A DNA stretch of 64,000 bases from Nemertoderma westbladi (lineage: Eukaryota > Animalia > Xenacoelomorpha): contig JAUCBJ010002187.1 of NCBI GenBank assembly GCA_032718475.1, forward strand, positions 46,811 through 110,810, in the 5' to 3' direction. Shown here in pieces: positions 25,118 through 38,100 of the stretch. The stretch's first letter is position 1; each line of letters starts with the position of its first letter. A model generated the notes under the pieces. The model was not told the origin of the DNA. It ran no database searches and saw nothing but the letters and a program-made list of their open reading frames with translations. A program made the translations under genes and the position numbers.

Positions 25118-26038
25118 GGCCTAATAGACACAAATGTAGCAAGAAGTGATGATAGTTAAGTGCGAAATGGATATAATAATTATTGACATGCAGTAGGAGT
25201 ATATTATATGTTTGTACATGGATGTGGGCTGGACGGAGTGCGTGGCATAGGAAGAGTGGAGCGTTTTCCTAGAATTAATAGCTTCATGTGTAATGCTTTC
25301 AATATATTACAAGGAAGGATAGTATATGGGCCTCAATTCTATGCAATGAATTTTGACAGAATGCAAAATTGCAAATATAACCTACCTTTAATGGAAACCG
25401 CTAAACCAGTGATGATAAATCATTCTGAAATGTGGCCAAATTGTTGGTAATTGATATCATTTGTATCAACGTTGAAAAATATATATTTATTATATATATA
25501 TAGTATATACTGACTGATGAAATCTGACACCAATTGACTTTGACTAACTGACAATACTACCTGATTCTTTAAGTAGGGTATTAATTATCATTGTTAATCA
25601 GTTGAAATGAATAAAAAACCTCAAATAAACCAATTCTTCTACTCCATGAAAATTGAGAATCCTTGAAATAATTATCCATAGCAACGGTATATGAACCAAC
25701 TAGGATTGAATTGAAATTGATAGTAAACGCAGTTATGATGAGTATACAATAGGACTCCATAATAATTGATAATTGTTTCAAGAGTTTTGTCATAATATAC
25801 AACCACCTGAAGTTATCTGTCACATAGATAATGTATATAATTGGGTTGAATGGAGAGTCCTGCAACCAGAGAAACTCAAAATAATTAATTAATTAAATAT
25901 TTACTTATATATACAGTATACCGGTATATCTACATATTAAAATACCTAGGTGTTCTAAAAATAACCCTATCACCACAGTAACCAACATAATACAAAGATG
26001 GAAGTCGTTGGATTAGTCAATAAATTAAATAGTTTGAA

Positions 26039-26235
26039 TAAACATTTTATAAATACTAACCAATCGTATAGAGATAAACATTTTATAAATACTAACCAAT
26101 TGAATAGAGATAAACATTTTATAAATACTAACCAATCGAATAGAGATAAAAATTTTATAAATACTAACCAATTGAATAGAGATAAACATTTTATAAATAC
26201 TAACCAATCGAATAGAGATAAACATTTTATAAATA
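26039..26235. repeat. 36-bp minisatellite, ~5.5 copies
   Basis: Unit AAACATTTTATAAATACTAACCAATCGAATAGAGAT. Confidence 0.92.
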
Positions 26236-26471
26236 TAACCGATCTCAAACCCATTACCGAAAGAATAAATATAATATTCATTTGTTTGTAGTATTGTATA
26301 AATTCTAAAATGCTAATTAGTCAATTAATTCCTGATTAAATGGATTTTATTTGTGTCAATTCAATAGTCTCCCGACACCATATCAACATAAAACAAACCG
26401 TATAGGTTGATTTTGGCAATTATGAAAAAAAATAATATGGATGTAACAAATATACAATCTACAGATTTGAT

Positions 26472-26700
26472 TTAGAGACAGGGGGCAACTGGAAGCAAAT
26501 CCCATCTCGGCGAAATAATATCCCGCCTCCATGTTAAATCCTCAATTTAGGGAAATGAGCAGGTTACATTGGCACGTTATTCTAACCAAAACAATAAACT
26601 AAAGTCAATATAACAGGTTACAGTTAGATTGTTAGATCAGCTGTTATTTACGTCGGATTGCGTCGAGGGGGATGAATTTTTATTGCGTCGAATGTCCCCC
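26472..26700 (+). mobile_element. Single arm of the 234-1202 element family
   Basis: Colinear similarity to 234-490, beginning TAGAGACAGGGGG. Confidence 0.7.
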
Positions 26701-26756
26701 ATATCTGAACCCAAAAAACTTCTTTTTCGATCATCCCCAGACACCGATTGTAGCAA

Positions 26757-27136
26757 ATCCACCTTGGCGTAGTGAGTGGTACAGTACAATCCGTTCTGGG
26801 TTAAATTCGCATTTCCGGTCCGGCTTCAAGGGTTCGAACCCCGAAAGGGTGCCACGAAAGTTTTAATTTCGACATGAATGCTTTAAAGGGAATAACCAGG
26901 GCTCATATCTGCCTGGCACCCTTAAACGGTAGCTAAATTAGTACCAGTTCCTTCTGGATAGTATAGTTCTGGGAAGACCACACTGGAAAAAAGCTGCAGA
27001 CTTTGTCAGGTCCCGGGTCCATAACAATAATATTGACTCATGTGTCTAAAATGTTTAGATACTCTGAGTGAGTTTGTAGTAATAATTAAATAGGAGCCCG
27101 ATTGGTTAATATATATCTTTAAATAATAATAATAAT
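26757..27136 (+). mobile_element. tRNA-derived SINE
   Basis: Pol III A box TGGCGTAGTGAGTGG (26765) and B box GGTTCGAACCC (26831); residual acceptor-stem pairing; ~250-bp body; (AAT)n tail. Confidence 0.7.
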
Positions 27137-27289
27137 ATATTTTCAATACTTTTATGTTTTGGATTTATTGCGAGATACGCAGAATATTAAGTAACTGTAA
27201 TAATTATTTGGTTATGATTTGTTATTATAAATCCATAGAAGTTAGGAAAGCAAAGCCATGGGTCCCTTCTGTAAATCAGAACGCTCCCG

Positions 27290-28043
27290 TCACCTCAAGA
27301 GCCATAGTGCCATACTTGGCACTAAGTTCTTTCGAGCCATACTTTTATACGGGAGTGAGTTTGAGACCTGGACACTCACTGACGAAATCAGTTGAACATC
27401 AAATTGATGGTTGTTAAACCAGAGTACATCGCCCATGTGAAGAATACCCGGATTTTACTTTTCGGTCGACTTTCTATTGGAATTTTATATATGAAGATTT
27501 CTTGTTTTTTCAATTTTATCTTTATTAAGTGTTTTATTTATGTCTTATAACCTGTACATATACTAATTCGTTTGTTGTTTTGGTTAGATTCAGCCCTTCT
27601 GTAACCTGTGTTTTTGGTGAAAACCTGGTATTCTTCACATGGGGGTAACTGAAAAGTGAAATATAACGGCAGAAAGTCTGGTATTCTTCACATGGGCTCT
27701 AAACATCAGCTGGAAACAACACATGACAAATGCCGAGCTTATGGTACAATACCACCTGTATCAACCACCCACCCTCCTTGAACGCAGATTAAGATTCAAT
27801 GGGCACTGCTGGCGAAGTAAAGACGAGGTCACACCAGATCTACTTTTCTGGCAAACAATGCCTGAGAAAAAGGTAAAAAAGGTGTAAATGAGAGGCCTGC
27901 ATATATAGACCAGCTTGGAAGGGATAGGTACTGGTACTGGAATTGAGAGCAACTAAATTGCGACCATTATGGAGAATCGGGAAGCCTGGAAGGATCGCAT
28001 TTCCATTGTCCGAGTTCGCTCGACCTAGTAGTGGTAGTTAGTT
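27290..28043 (+). mobile_element. Decayed RTE-clade LINE 3' fragment interrupted by a MITE
   Basis: Residual frames (SLTKSVEHQIDGC; ALNISWKQHMTNAEL; RRLRFNGHCWR; DLLFWQ) and a TAG-rich tail. Confidence 0.7.
27431..27697. mobile_element. ~265-bp MITE inserted in the RTE fragment
   Basis: TIRs GCCCATGTGAAGAATACC / GGTATTCTTCACATGGGC; a second right-end copy at ~27627-27643; probable 2-bp TSD. Confidence 0.75.
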
Positions 28044-28617
28044 ACTAAAATATATTTTATTTTGACTCTTTATTTTTACTAAAATATATTTTATTCTGAC
28101 TCTTTTAATTTGGACAGTAAAACTGAAAACTTAAGTTACCTTCAACTCTTCAAGTATGAAGAGTACTCCTAGATATTTACCTGAATTTACATTATTGTAC
28201 TGAAATATTGTTTGTGTGATTTTACTTTCACTATTTTGTTACTCTACATTACGAAATAAAATATTCAGGTTTTGAAGTTTTGAATATATATTATATACGT
28301 ATTGCATAGAGAAATAGTTCCACATGATTTATTATGCAATATACATACATACATGATTCAATACATACATTCACAGTATTGAACATATTGTCGTTTGTCC
28401 CACCTTAAATGAGGTGGGTGGAAAATGTTAGCATAAATCAAATGTAAATGGCAGTACTGGAACGCACTCAGCGGCTTTTAGCAAGACTTATTGTAAGAAC
28501 TTACCTGGGAAAAATGTATTTATTTTAGAAAAAAATAGAAATAATTGAATAGGATAAAATAGATATTTCACTTATATAGCACCCCGTCTATATAAGTGAA
28601 ATATCTGTGATCTAAAT

Positions 28618-28842
28618 GGGTGTAAACGCTACGCCGACAACCGACAGCCGACAACCACTGCCGACAACAGCAAAAATGAAAATGTAACCTGAGTTCGTGA
28701 CTCTCGTTTATTGTTTTGGTTAGAATAACCTTACACTGTAACCTGTTCCTTTCCCTCAATTAATAATTAACATTAATTAGCTTTAATAATGGTTGTCGGT
28801 GTTGGTTGTCGGCTGTCGGTTGTCGGCGTAGCGTTTACACCC
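28618..28842. mobile_element. Mutator-like MITE
   Basis: ~40-bp perfect TIR GGGTGTAAACGCTACGCCGACAACCGACAGCCGACAACCA; 9-bp TSD GATCTAAAT (28609-28617 and 28843-28851). Confidence 0.88.
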
Positions 28843-31800
28843 GATCTAAATATTGAATTAGAAAATGTTGGGTATATATTTTTTTAATTAATAGCCGCTT
28901 ATATTCTCAACTCCAAACAAAGTACGTAACATATTTATTTGTAAATTAATTTATTGGTTTAAAGACTGAGTTTAATTTGTTATGCTATAGAGTGCATTCA
29001 TATTATAACCGATCTAGGAAAAGAAAAAAGGGTTTGTTTGCACATGAGTTTAAATTGGTAATAAAGGTAATATTGATTTAGAAAATGTCATGGATTAGAT
29101 AGAACTCATTAACTTTCATTCTGAATTGTAGAAAATATGGTAAATAAATTCTCACGGAGAAGCAGTTCCCTAGTATAATTGTTTATATGTTATTTTATTT
29201 TGTGTATGTAAATGTAAATAATAATATATACAATTTAATTCACACAAAACATCCATACAAATACTATTAATTATACGCAAATTTTATTAGAAACCTGTTC
29301 CACTGAATTCTCGACCCTTAATTTAAATCGCTTACATTTGGTAAATAAAATACCTCGAGAATAGTTGTATGAGGTTCTACGATTTTCCCATGTAATACGT
29401 AATGTTATTGGTACCTTTTTGTTGCTTGGTTCTTTAATATACACTGGAAAGAAACCGTGTTACAAAATAAATTGAGCGAAGTCGTTTCCGTTGTTTCTGC
29501 TATGCGAATGATGGCACCATTCATCACCTGATCTTTAGTTATTCAATCTTAAATAATTTACAATAAATAAGGCTTTTCGATCAGAAGTGCAAAAAGGGGG
29601 GCACTGTTGGTTGAACCCACGCTGAATGGTACCGTTTGATGCGGTTGTAGGTTATCCTTATAGACTAGCACCATAGAGACCCGCTGTAAGATAAATGCGA
29701 CGCTACGTAAACAGCTAGTTTGATAAATAAAAAGTGACCTTAATAAAAGTGCAAAAAAGGGTCACGGAAAGTGGTTGAACCTGATAGCGTACTGCTTGCT
29801 GTGTGTGATAATATAACCAATATCCTGAAACAGTACCGTACCGGTACAGTACAGGAAGTCCTTACAGAATTACTTCAGTTCTAAACAAAATTATAATTAG
29901 GCCTATTTTAGTCAGCAGGATAAAAAACAGTCGGAAATATAGGATAAAAATTACCACATTTAATGGAAACAAGGTGATAAAATGCAACGTTTAAATTAAC
30001 ATTAACATCATGTCCTCGTTTAGGGTATCGTTTAATGGTTTCTAATTCTAGAGATCTAATCTTCAATTGGTAATCTCAGTAAATAGTAATAAAAAGTGAA
30101 ATTAATAGAAAGAAATTATAAATATTTATGAGGTTCTTGTGAGCCAGACAGACATGTTTTAAGTTAGTTATTTATATGGTTTCTCTACCCTTCATCTTAA
30201 TGATAAATATTGTATTAATCTATCGCCTAATCTCTTTACTAATTTGTGACTAAAATATCTTATACTAAAGTATAGTGAACTTTTTAACCTGAAAACTTGT
30301 CAAAAAAAAATGCTAAAAAGACCACAATTATCATAAAAATGCGCATTCTAAAAAAGCACAATAAAGTATATATGCCCGTACTGTTTAACATGGCGTTTTA
30401 ATGTACATACCTTTAATACCTTTAATTCATATAGATATGAGCTTTCATAGCTCCAGATAAATATATGTTGCCTAGACCAGTTTAATTTAATTAAATTCGT
30501 CAATCGTTAAGAAGGTGCGAAAAATGAATGCCTATATTGAATAGTACATGAAGACAAAGTACAATAAACAATGTAGATAAAGCAGAACAATAACATGGCA
30601 TAATTTATGAAGTAAAGGCCTAGCTAGTTGGGAATGCAGCTGGTAATGTTTGCCTGACGGTAAGTGAGTGGATAATAAGTGAGTGAGTAGAAGGTATATG
30701 ATTTAACCAATACGAAGCCAGCACATGTGAATTTCATAACAAATGGGGGAACCGCCCTAAGCGACAGAGAATTACACAATATTGTAAACAAAACAAACTA
30801 TTTACGGCTATTTAAATGCAACTTGTTTGAATGATTCACAATGCATAAGTTGACAATTTCAGCTGATCGCCAATACCATGTCTATTCAATGCATATCATA
30901 ACTATTTATTTCCCAATCGGTGACATGCCGTCTTCAAGGCTGTATTCATATTCGTAATAGGTAATAATTATAATAATAATTAATCGATAATATAATCCTG
31001 TAGTTGAAGGCTAATTCGAATAAGGCGTTTATTCAATATTACCTATTACGAATATAACTATTTATATTAGATAGGCAGCTAGACATAGGTATATGAGGTG
31101 AGGAAGTTCCCCAGATTCGGATATAACGCTGGTAAACAGATTATTCCCGAGACAGGAAAGGTACCTGGTTCTGGTAGTGATACTTATTATTTATATTTAT
31201 GTTCTAGAATATTTAGCCAAATTATGCATAATAACAAATAATTCCAAATAATTTACAAGGGAAAAAAATTAAAATTTTTTCACTATTCTTGAAGTATTTT
31301 ATTTACCGAGCGTCAGCGAGGTTAATAAAGGGTTAAGAGAATATTGAAAAAATAGCACATTTTTATGTTTTTTCCCTCATGTAATACGTAATTTGATTCT
31401 TAAATTGGTACTTTTTTTGTTGCTCAAGTCGAATATTTATTACGTAACTCGAGGGCAGCTTAACAACATAAAACCAGTATTGGATATTGAGTTTATGTTT
31501 TGGAGTACACCTTGCAGATAATGTAAGAACTTTGGGATGTGAATGTTTGTGTGAATGGATTTTGCTTGCAAACCTTTTCTACGTCGATACTCTTTCACCA
31601 CATGTAAGTAATACAATTTAGAAAATTCCACTAAAAATATTTTAGATCAATGTATCCTATGGGTTTCTTTTTTCCCTAGAGAACAAAAGTGAAACCTTTT
31701 TCCCCCGATTTTGGGGTATTTTGTGGTTGACTACTGACTGTAATTAACTAAAAATTTTCGTTCCCTTATTTAGGATACTTAAGTTTTACCCAAATTTATT

Positions 31801-33509
31801 GATAGGTGAATAAAAATTATTTTCAAAATTTTTTTTCGAGATGTTTAATTTTTTACCTAATTAACATGCAAATAACATACAAATTAACATGCAAATATTT
31901 TTCAAAATACAACGAGGGATGGTCATCAAGTGCCCAAAATTTCATCATTTGTGCACAATGGCATCCTGAAACGACCCTATGACCAGAATTTTGATAAATG
32001 CTCATATTCAAAATTAATAAAAAAAAATGCAGATTTATTGCCCTATTTTTGACAGATTTTGACATTTTTGACCAAAAATTGACACATTATGTTAATTAAA
32101 TATTTCAGCTACAACAAAGAAAAATAAAATGTGGTCATAGGGGGGTGTTAAGCTGATGCTTAACACCCCCTATTACCCAGTTATCATTCATGCCAAATTT
32201 CACCCGAATTCGTTCATTTTTGGAAAAGCTGTTGCAATTTGAAATTTATAATTTGCATTCTTCATAAAACGCATTTAAAGTTTATCGTTAGGGTAATTTA
32301 ATTAATTAAAATGTTAGAATGCACACACACAACCCAGCTGAAAATTTTGTTGCAAGTGTTTTCCGGGTCGTTGATTTCATATCTGAAGTCAGTTTTTAAT
32401 TTGACTGCGTCATATCTGTCTGAATTGCTGTCGGTCTGTCAGTCAAAAATATGACCGACAGATGAACTGACAAGGTGGATGACGTAATATATGAAAACTG
32501 ACATTGTAAATGAAATCACCAACCATTAAAACCCCCATAACAAAATTTTTTGCTAGTTGGTATGCTTTCCTATTATTGTGACGGATAGATCCGTGGACGG
32601 ACAGACAGAAAAAACGACAGACAGACAGAGTAGGTTTTGTTAAAAGTGAAAACTAACGTCGGAAATGAAATTAGAAACCAGTATAACCCCTATAACAAAA
32701 TGTTTAGTTTGGTGGAATGCTTTCCTTACATTTTCACACACAGATAGACTGACATACAGACAGAGAGACATAATAGACTTCTCTAAATACAAAAAACTGA
32801 CTTCGGAATTGAAATTAGAGACCAGGTAAACCACAAGCCATATGTTTATTATTGTGTGTATTAATGTATTATTTAGCTTGATGGAATGATGTTCTTATAT
32901 TTTGACAGACAGATTGTCGGACGGACAGAAAGACTGACAGACAGACATAAAGACATAGTAGTTTTCATTAAAAGTGAAAACTTACGTTTGGAATGAAATC
33001 AACGACCATGAAAACCCCCATAACAAAACTTTTAGCTTAGATAATTGCTTTTGTTATATTTTGACAGCCAAACTGTCAGAAACACAATCCCAGACAGACA
33101 CTTACAGAGTAAGGTTAACGAAAAATCGACTTTTTTTTCTGAATTAGTCAACCCCCCTTAAGCGGCTGCATTGCAGGGTAGAGCTGGGTTTAGTTTAGCA
33201 ATGAAATTGCTAATATCTAGAATTATAGAACAAATAATTGTTTATTATATGTAAGAGCCGAGTAAGGGCTTTCATAGAGCTTAACAGACTTCAACGAGTT
33301 AAGTCGCATCTTTAAGGAGCTAGGCAACAATGCTGACATCCAAATTCTGGATAGAAAGTTGATGGTAGTCTATGCTTTCAGTTTTTGGATACATAGTGGG
33401 TCTTCCGAACGCCTTTTCTTATCCAAGAAAGCAGAAGTAATCAATTGATCAACTGCTGGTCAGGTAAGTATCAATATTTACTGTCAGGGAATTCTTGTCA
33501 ATGATTAAA

Positions 33510-34313
33510 ACTACTAGGATCGGCATGCTGCATTGCAGCTGCATTTTTAAGAATGCTGCGCCGGCTTGTCAACAAAATTGCACCTCCACAACTCCCTATC
33601 ACCCATGACATTTGCTAGATCATCCGCATCTTTAAGGCCAGTGTCCTTTAAGATGCGTCTCAAGAAAGTCATGGGCTGTCCACCATGCTTATTCACCCCA
33701 TGAGGCTGCCAAAGTACAAGATTATGCACTGGCTGGTCCTCACGGCGAAAGCAATGTCCTGCAAAGCGGAGGCGATTTTGTTCTAGTGTCAAGCTTGGGG
33801 GAACCAATGAGACACCTCCAATGTTATATAGTGTCTGGTTGGAGATGTGTGCATTGTACTTGACACAATGAACCCGGCGTAGCATTCTTGTCAAAGTGCC
33901 ATCCAGAGATTTGGTGTCCTCGGCAGTTAGAGCCCAGCATGGACTCCCGTAGAGGAGTACTGGAACTACTGCTGCTCTAAATAATCGGACCTTAAGTTTC
34001 CGATTAATTCTCGGTGACTTCCAAATCCTGGAAAGCCTATTTAAGGCTGCCCATGCCTTTCCCTTACGTATTCGAAGGTCCTCACCTGACTTCCGGATCC
34101 ATGATCCCAGGTAACAGAAGTCGTCCACATGCTCAAGCATACCATCCTTTGAGCTTATGCTCATACGATCAGAGACTTGCTGAGGACTTTCAAAGTTAAC
34201 TGTCAGAATTTTGGTCTTTCTGGAGTTAATAAAAAGACCAACACTAGAAGCAGCATGTTCTAATGAGCTGAGGAGCCGTTGGGCTCCCTCTAATGATTCT
34301 GAGAGTACTCCTA
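33510..34313 (-). mobile_element. 5'-truncated RTE-clade LINE; post-catalytic RT/thumb region still open; TAG tail
   Basis: GLFINSRKTK, VDDFCYLGS, LLYGS..W.LT, RLRFAGHC.R; near-identical to 50990-51790 in inverted orientation. Confidence 0.9.
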
Positions 34314-35139
34314 AAAGAATGATTAAAAAGAAGATTGGACACATCTCCATCTAAGGTATGTAACACGTTCTAGGATTTCTGATGCGTTTCAAATGATCAT
34401 ATGTAGAAAACTGTAGCTTTGCAACGATTGAGGTTAAACTTATTCCACCGCATGACCCAAAAGGGAGACTTGGGGACTGGAACTAGTCGATTTGTTTTCC
34501 ACTCTCTTTAATCGACTTTTTTTTTGACATATCCATTATAATGGATGGAGACTGGATACGTTGGAATTCATCGACCTTGGAGACATCAAGTGTAACTCCA
34601 ACCATGTCACATTCTCTTAAATGGGTTTAATATCATTTACAGCAGCCTAAACATCTGCAAATGTTTTATCACCAGTAGGGATGTCAGAGAGTATATCAGT
34701 CCAAGTAACCCATCAGACATATTGCAATATTCACTTTATTTATTAAACTTGATGCTTAATATTAAACTATCATAAACAACCAAAATAATAAACCAACTTC
34801 CTAATGACGTGCGATAAGTCAGACAGAGCCCAATCTTCGGCTACTACAATACTACAACAGTCTCATTGTAAAATGGTATTTATTGTATGGGGGCGGGAAT
34901 TTTTTTTGATAATTTACAGCATTTTCCTTAATTATTAATACTTAATTGACATTTCTAAATTTACTCCATCGGTGTCTGTCAATGCAATGGCATATCACAA
35001 AATAATAAATATATATATATATACGGTACTTTAAAATTTAGTGCCTGAATATTCAACTGATAATTATTTTGCCATGAAGGTATACCTTCATATATATATG
35101 CATATGAGCAACTGCAATTTCTACGTTATTGTAGTGTGT

Positions 35140-38100
35140 ACCGAACCCAAGATCTTCTGTTATTTTGGCTGCCATCATTGCGTAATACACTCATAAAAAG
35201 TAATGGAGCCAATGTGTCGCCTTGCAGTACACCAGCAGGATTGAGAAGAACTGAGTTTCAACCTCTGCCAAGAGTACCTGAGCTTCTGTCTCACGGCAAC
35301 CACGATACATCTGCCATTCCATCTTAGGATCCACCATTCTACCTCAAGGATGGATGGAGTGGAAAGGATTTCCACCATTTTACCTCTAGGATGGATGGAG
35401 TGGAAAGGATTTCCACCAATTTACCTCTAGGATGGATGGAGTGGAAAGGATTTCCACCATTCTACCTCTAGGATGGATGGAGTGGAAACGATTTCCACCA
35501 TTTTACCTCTAGGATGGATGGAGTGGAAAGGATTTCCAACATTTTACTTCTAGGCTGGATGGAGTGGAAAGGGATTTCCACCATTTTACCTCTAGGATGG
35601 ATGGTGTGGAAAGGATATCCACCAATTTACCTCTAGCTTGGATGGAGTGGAAATGATTTCCACCATTTTACCTCTAGGATGGATGGATTGGAAAGGATTT
35701 CCACCATTTTACCTCCAGGATGGGTGGAGTGGAAAGGATTTCCACCATTTTACCTCCAGGATGGATGGTGTGGAAAGGATATCCACCATTTTACCTCTAG
35801 CTTGGATGGAGTGGAAATGATTTCCACCATTTTACCTCTAGGATGGATGGAGTGGAAAGGATTTCCACATTTTACCTCCAGGATGGGTGGAGTGGAAAGG
35901 ATTTCCACCATTTTACGTCTAGGATGGATGGAGTGGAAAGGATTTCCACCATTTTACCTCTAGGATGGAAGGAGTGGAAAGGATTTCCACCATTTTACCT
36001 CTAGCTTGGATGGAGTAGAAAGGATTTCCACCATTTTACCTCTAGGATGGATGGAGTGGAAAGGATTTCCACATTTTACCTGCAGGATGGGTGGAGTGGA
36101 AAGGATTTCCACCATTTTACGTCTAGGATGGATGGAGTGGAAAGGATTTCCACCATTTTACCTCTAGGATGGATGGAGTGGAAAGGATTTCCACCATTTT
36201 ACCTCTAGGATGGATGGATTGGAAAGGATTTCCACATTTTACCTGCAGGATGGGTGGAGTGGAAAGGATTTCCACCAATTTACCTCTAGGATGGATGGAT
36301 TGGAAAGGATTTCCACATTTTACCTGCAGGATGGGTGGAGTGGAAAGGATTTCCACCATTTTACGTCTAGGATGGATGGAGTGGAAAGGATTTCCACCAT
36401 TTTACCTCTAGGATGGATGGAGTGGAAAGGATTTCCACCATTTTACCTCTAGGATGGAAGGAGTGGAAAGGATTTCCACCATTTTACCTCTAGCTTGGAT
36501 GGAGTAGAAAGGATTTCCACCATTTTACCTCTAGGATGGATGGAGTGGAAAGGATTTCCACCATTTTACCTCTAGGATGGAAGGAGTGGAAAGGATTTCC
36601 ACCATTTTACCTCTAGCTTGGATGGAGTAGAAAGGATTTCCACCATTTTACCTCTAGGATGGATGGAGTGGAAAGGATTTCCACATTTTACCTGCAGGAT
36701 GGGTGGAGTGGAAAGGATTTCCACCATTTTACGTCTAGGATGGATGGAGTGGAAAGGATTTCCACCATTTTACCTCTAGGATGGATGGAGTGGAAAGGAT
36801 TTCCACCATTTTACCTCTAGGATGGATGGATTGGAAAGGATTTCCACATTTTACCTGCAGGATGGGTGGAGTGGAAAGGATTTCCACAAATTTACCTCTA
36901 GGGTGGATGGATTGGAAAGGATTTCCACATTTTACCTGCAGGATGGGTAGAGTGGAAAGGATTTCCACCATTTTACGTCTAGGATGGATGGAGTGGAAAG
37001 GATTTCCACCATTTTACCTCTAGGATGGATGGAGTGGAAAGGATTTCCACCATTTTACCTCTAGGATGGAAGGAGTGGAAAGGATTTCCACCATTTTACC
37101 TCTAGCTTGGATGGAGTAGAAAGGATTTCCACCATTTTATCTCTAGGATGGATGGAGTGGAAAGGATTTCCACCATTTTACCTCTAGGATGGAAGGAGTG
37201 GAAAGGATTTCCACCATTTTACCACTAGGATGGATGGAGTGGAAAGGATTTCCACCATTTTACCTCTAGGATGGATGGAGTGGAAAGGATTTCCACCATT
37301 TACCTCTAGGATGGATGGAATGGAAAGGATTTCCATCATTTTACCTCTAGGATGGATGGAGTGGTAAGGATTTCCACCATTTTACCTCTAGGATGGATGG
37401 AGTGGAAAGGATTTCCACCATTTTACCTCTGGATGTATGGAATGGAAAGGATTTCCATCATTTTACCTCTCGGATGGAAGGAGTGGAAAGGATTTCCACC
37501 ATTTTACCTCTAGGATGGATGGGGTGGAAAGGATTTCCACCATTTTACATCTAGGATGGAAGGAGTGGAAAGGATTTCCACCATTTTACATCTAGGATGG
37601 AAGGAGTGGAAAGGATTTCCACCATTTTACCTCTAAGATGGATGGAGTGGAAAGGATTTCCACTATTTTACCTCCAGGATGGATGGAGTGGAAAGGATTT
37701 CCACCATTTTACCTCCAGGATGGAAGTAGTGGAAAGGATTTCCACCATTTTACCTCTAGGATGGATGGGGTGGAAAGGATTTCCACCATTTTACATCTAG
37801 GATGGAAGGAGTGGAAAGGATTTCCACCATTTTACATCTAGGATGGAAGGAGTGGAAAGGATTTCCACCATTTTACCTCTAGGATGGATGGAGTGGAAAG
37901 GATTTCCACCATTCTACCTCTAGGATGTATGGAATGGAAACGATTTCCACAATTTTACCTCTAGGATGGATGGAGTGGAAAGGATTTCCACCATTTTACC
38001 TCTAGGATGGATGGAGTGGAAAGGATTTCCAACATTTTACTTCTAGGCTGGATGGAGTGGAAAGGGATTTCCACCATTTTACCTCTAGGATGGATGGTGT

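Noticed and set aside
25808-28200. Possible further upstream minus-strand exons (~25808-25860 and ~28140-28199)
   Set aside because: Splice-like signals are present, but there is no homology or phase evidence linking them to the gene.
29590-29785. tRNA-like sequence on the minus strand
   Set aside because: Only weak A- and B-box resemblance; no cloverleaf or anticodon could be built.
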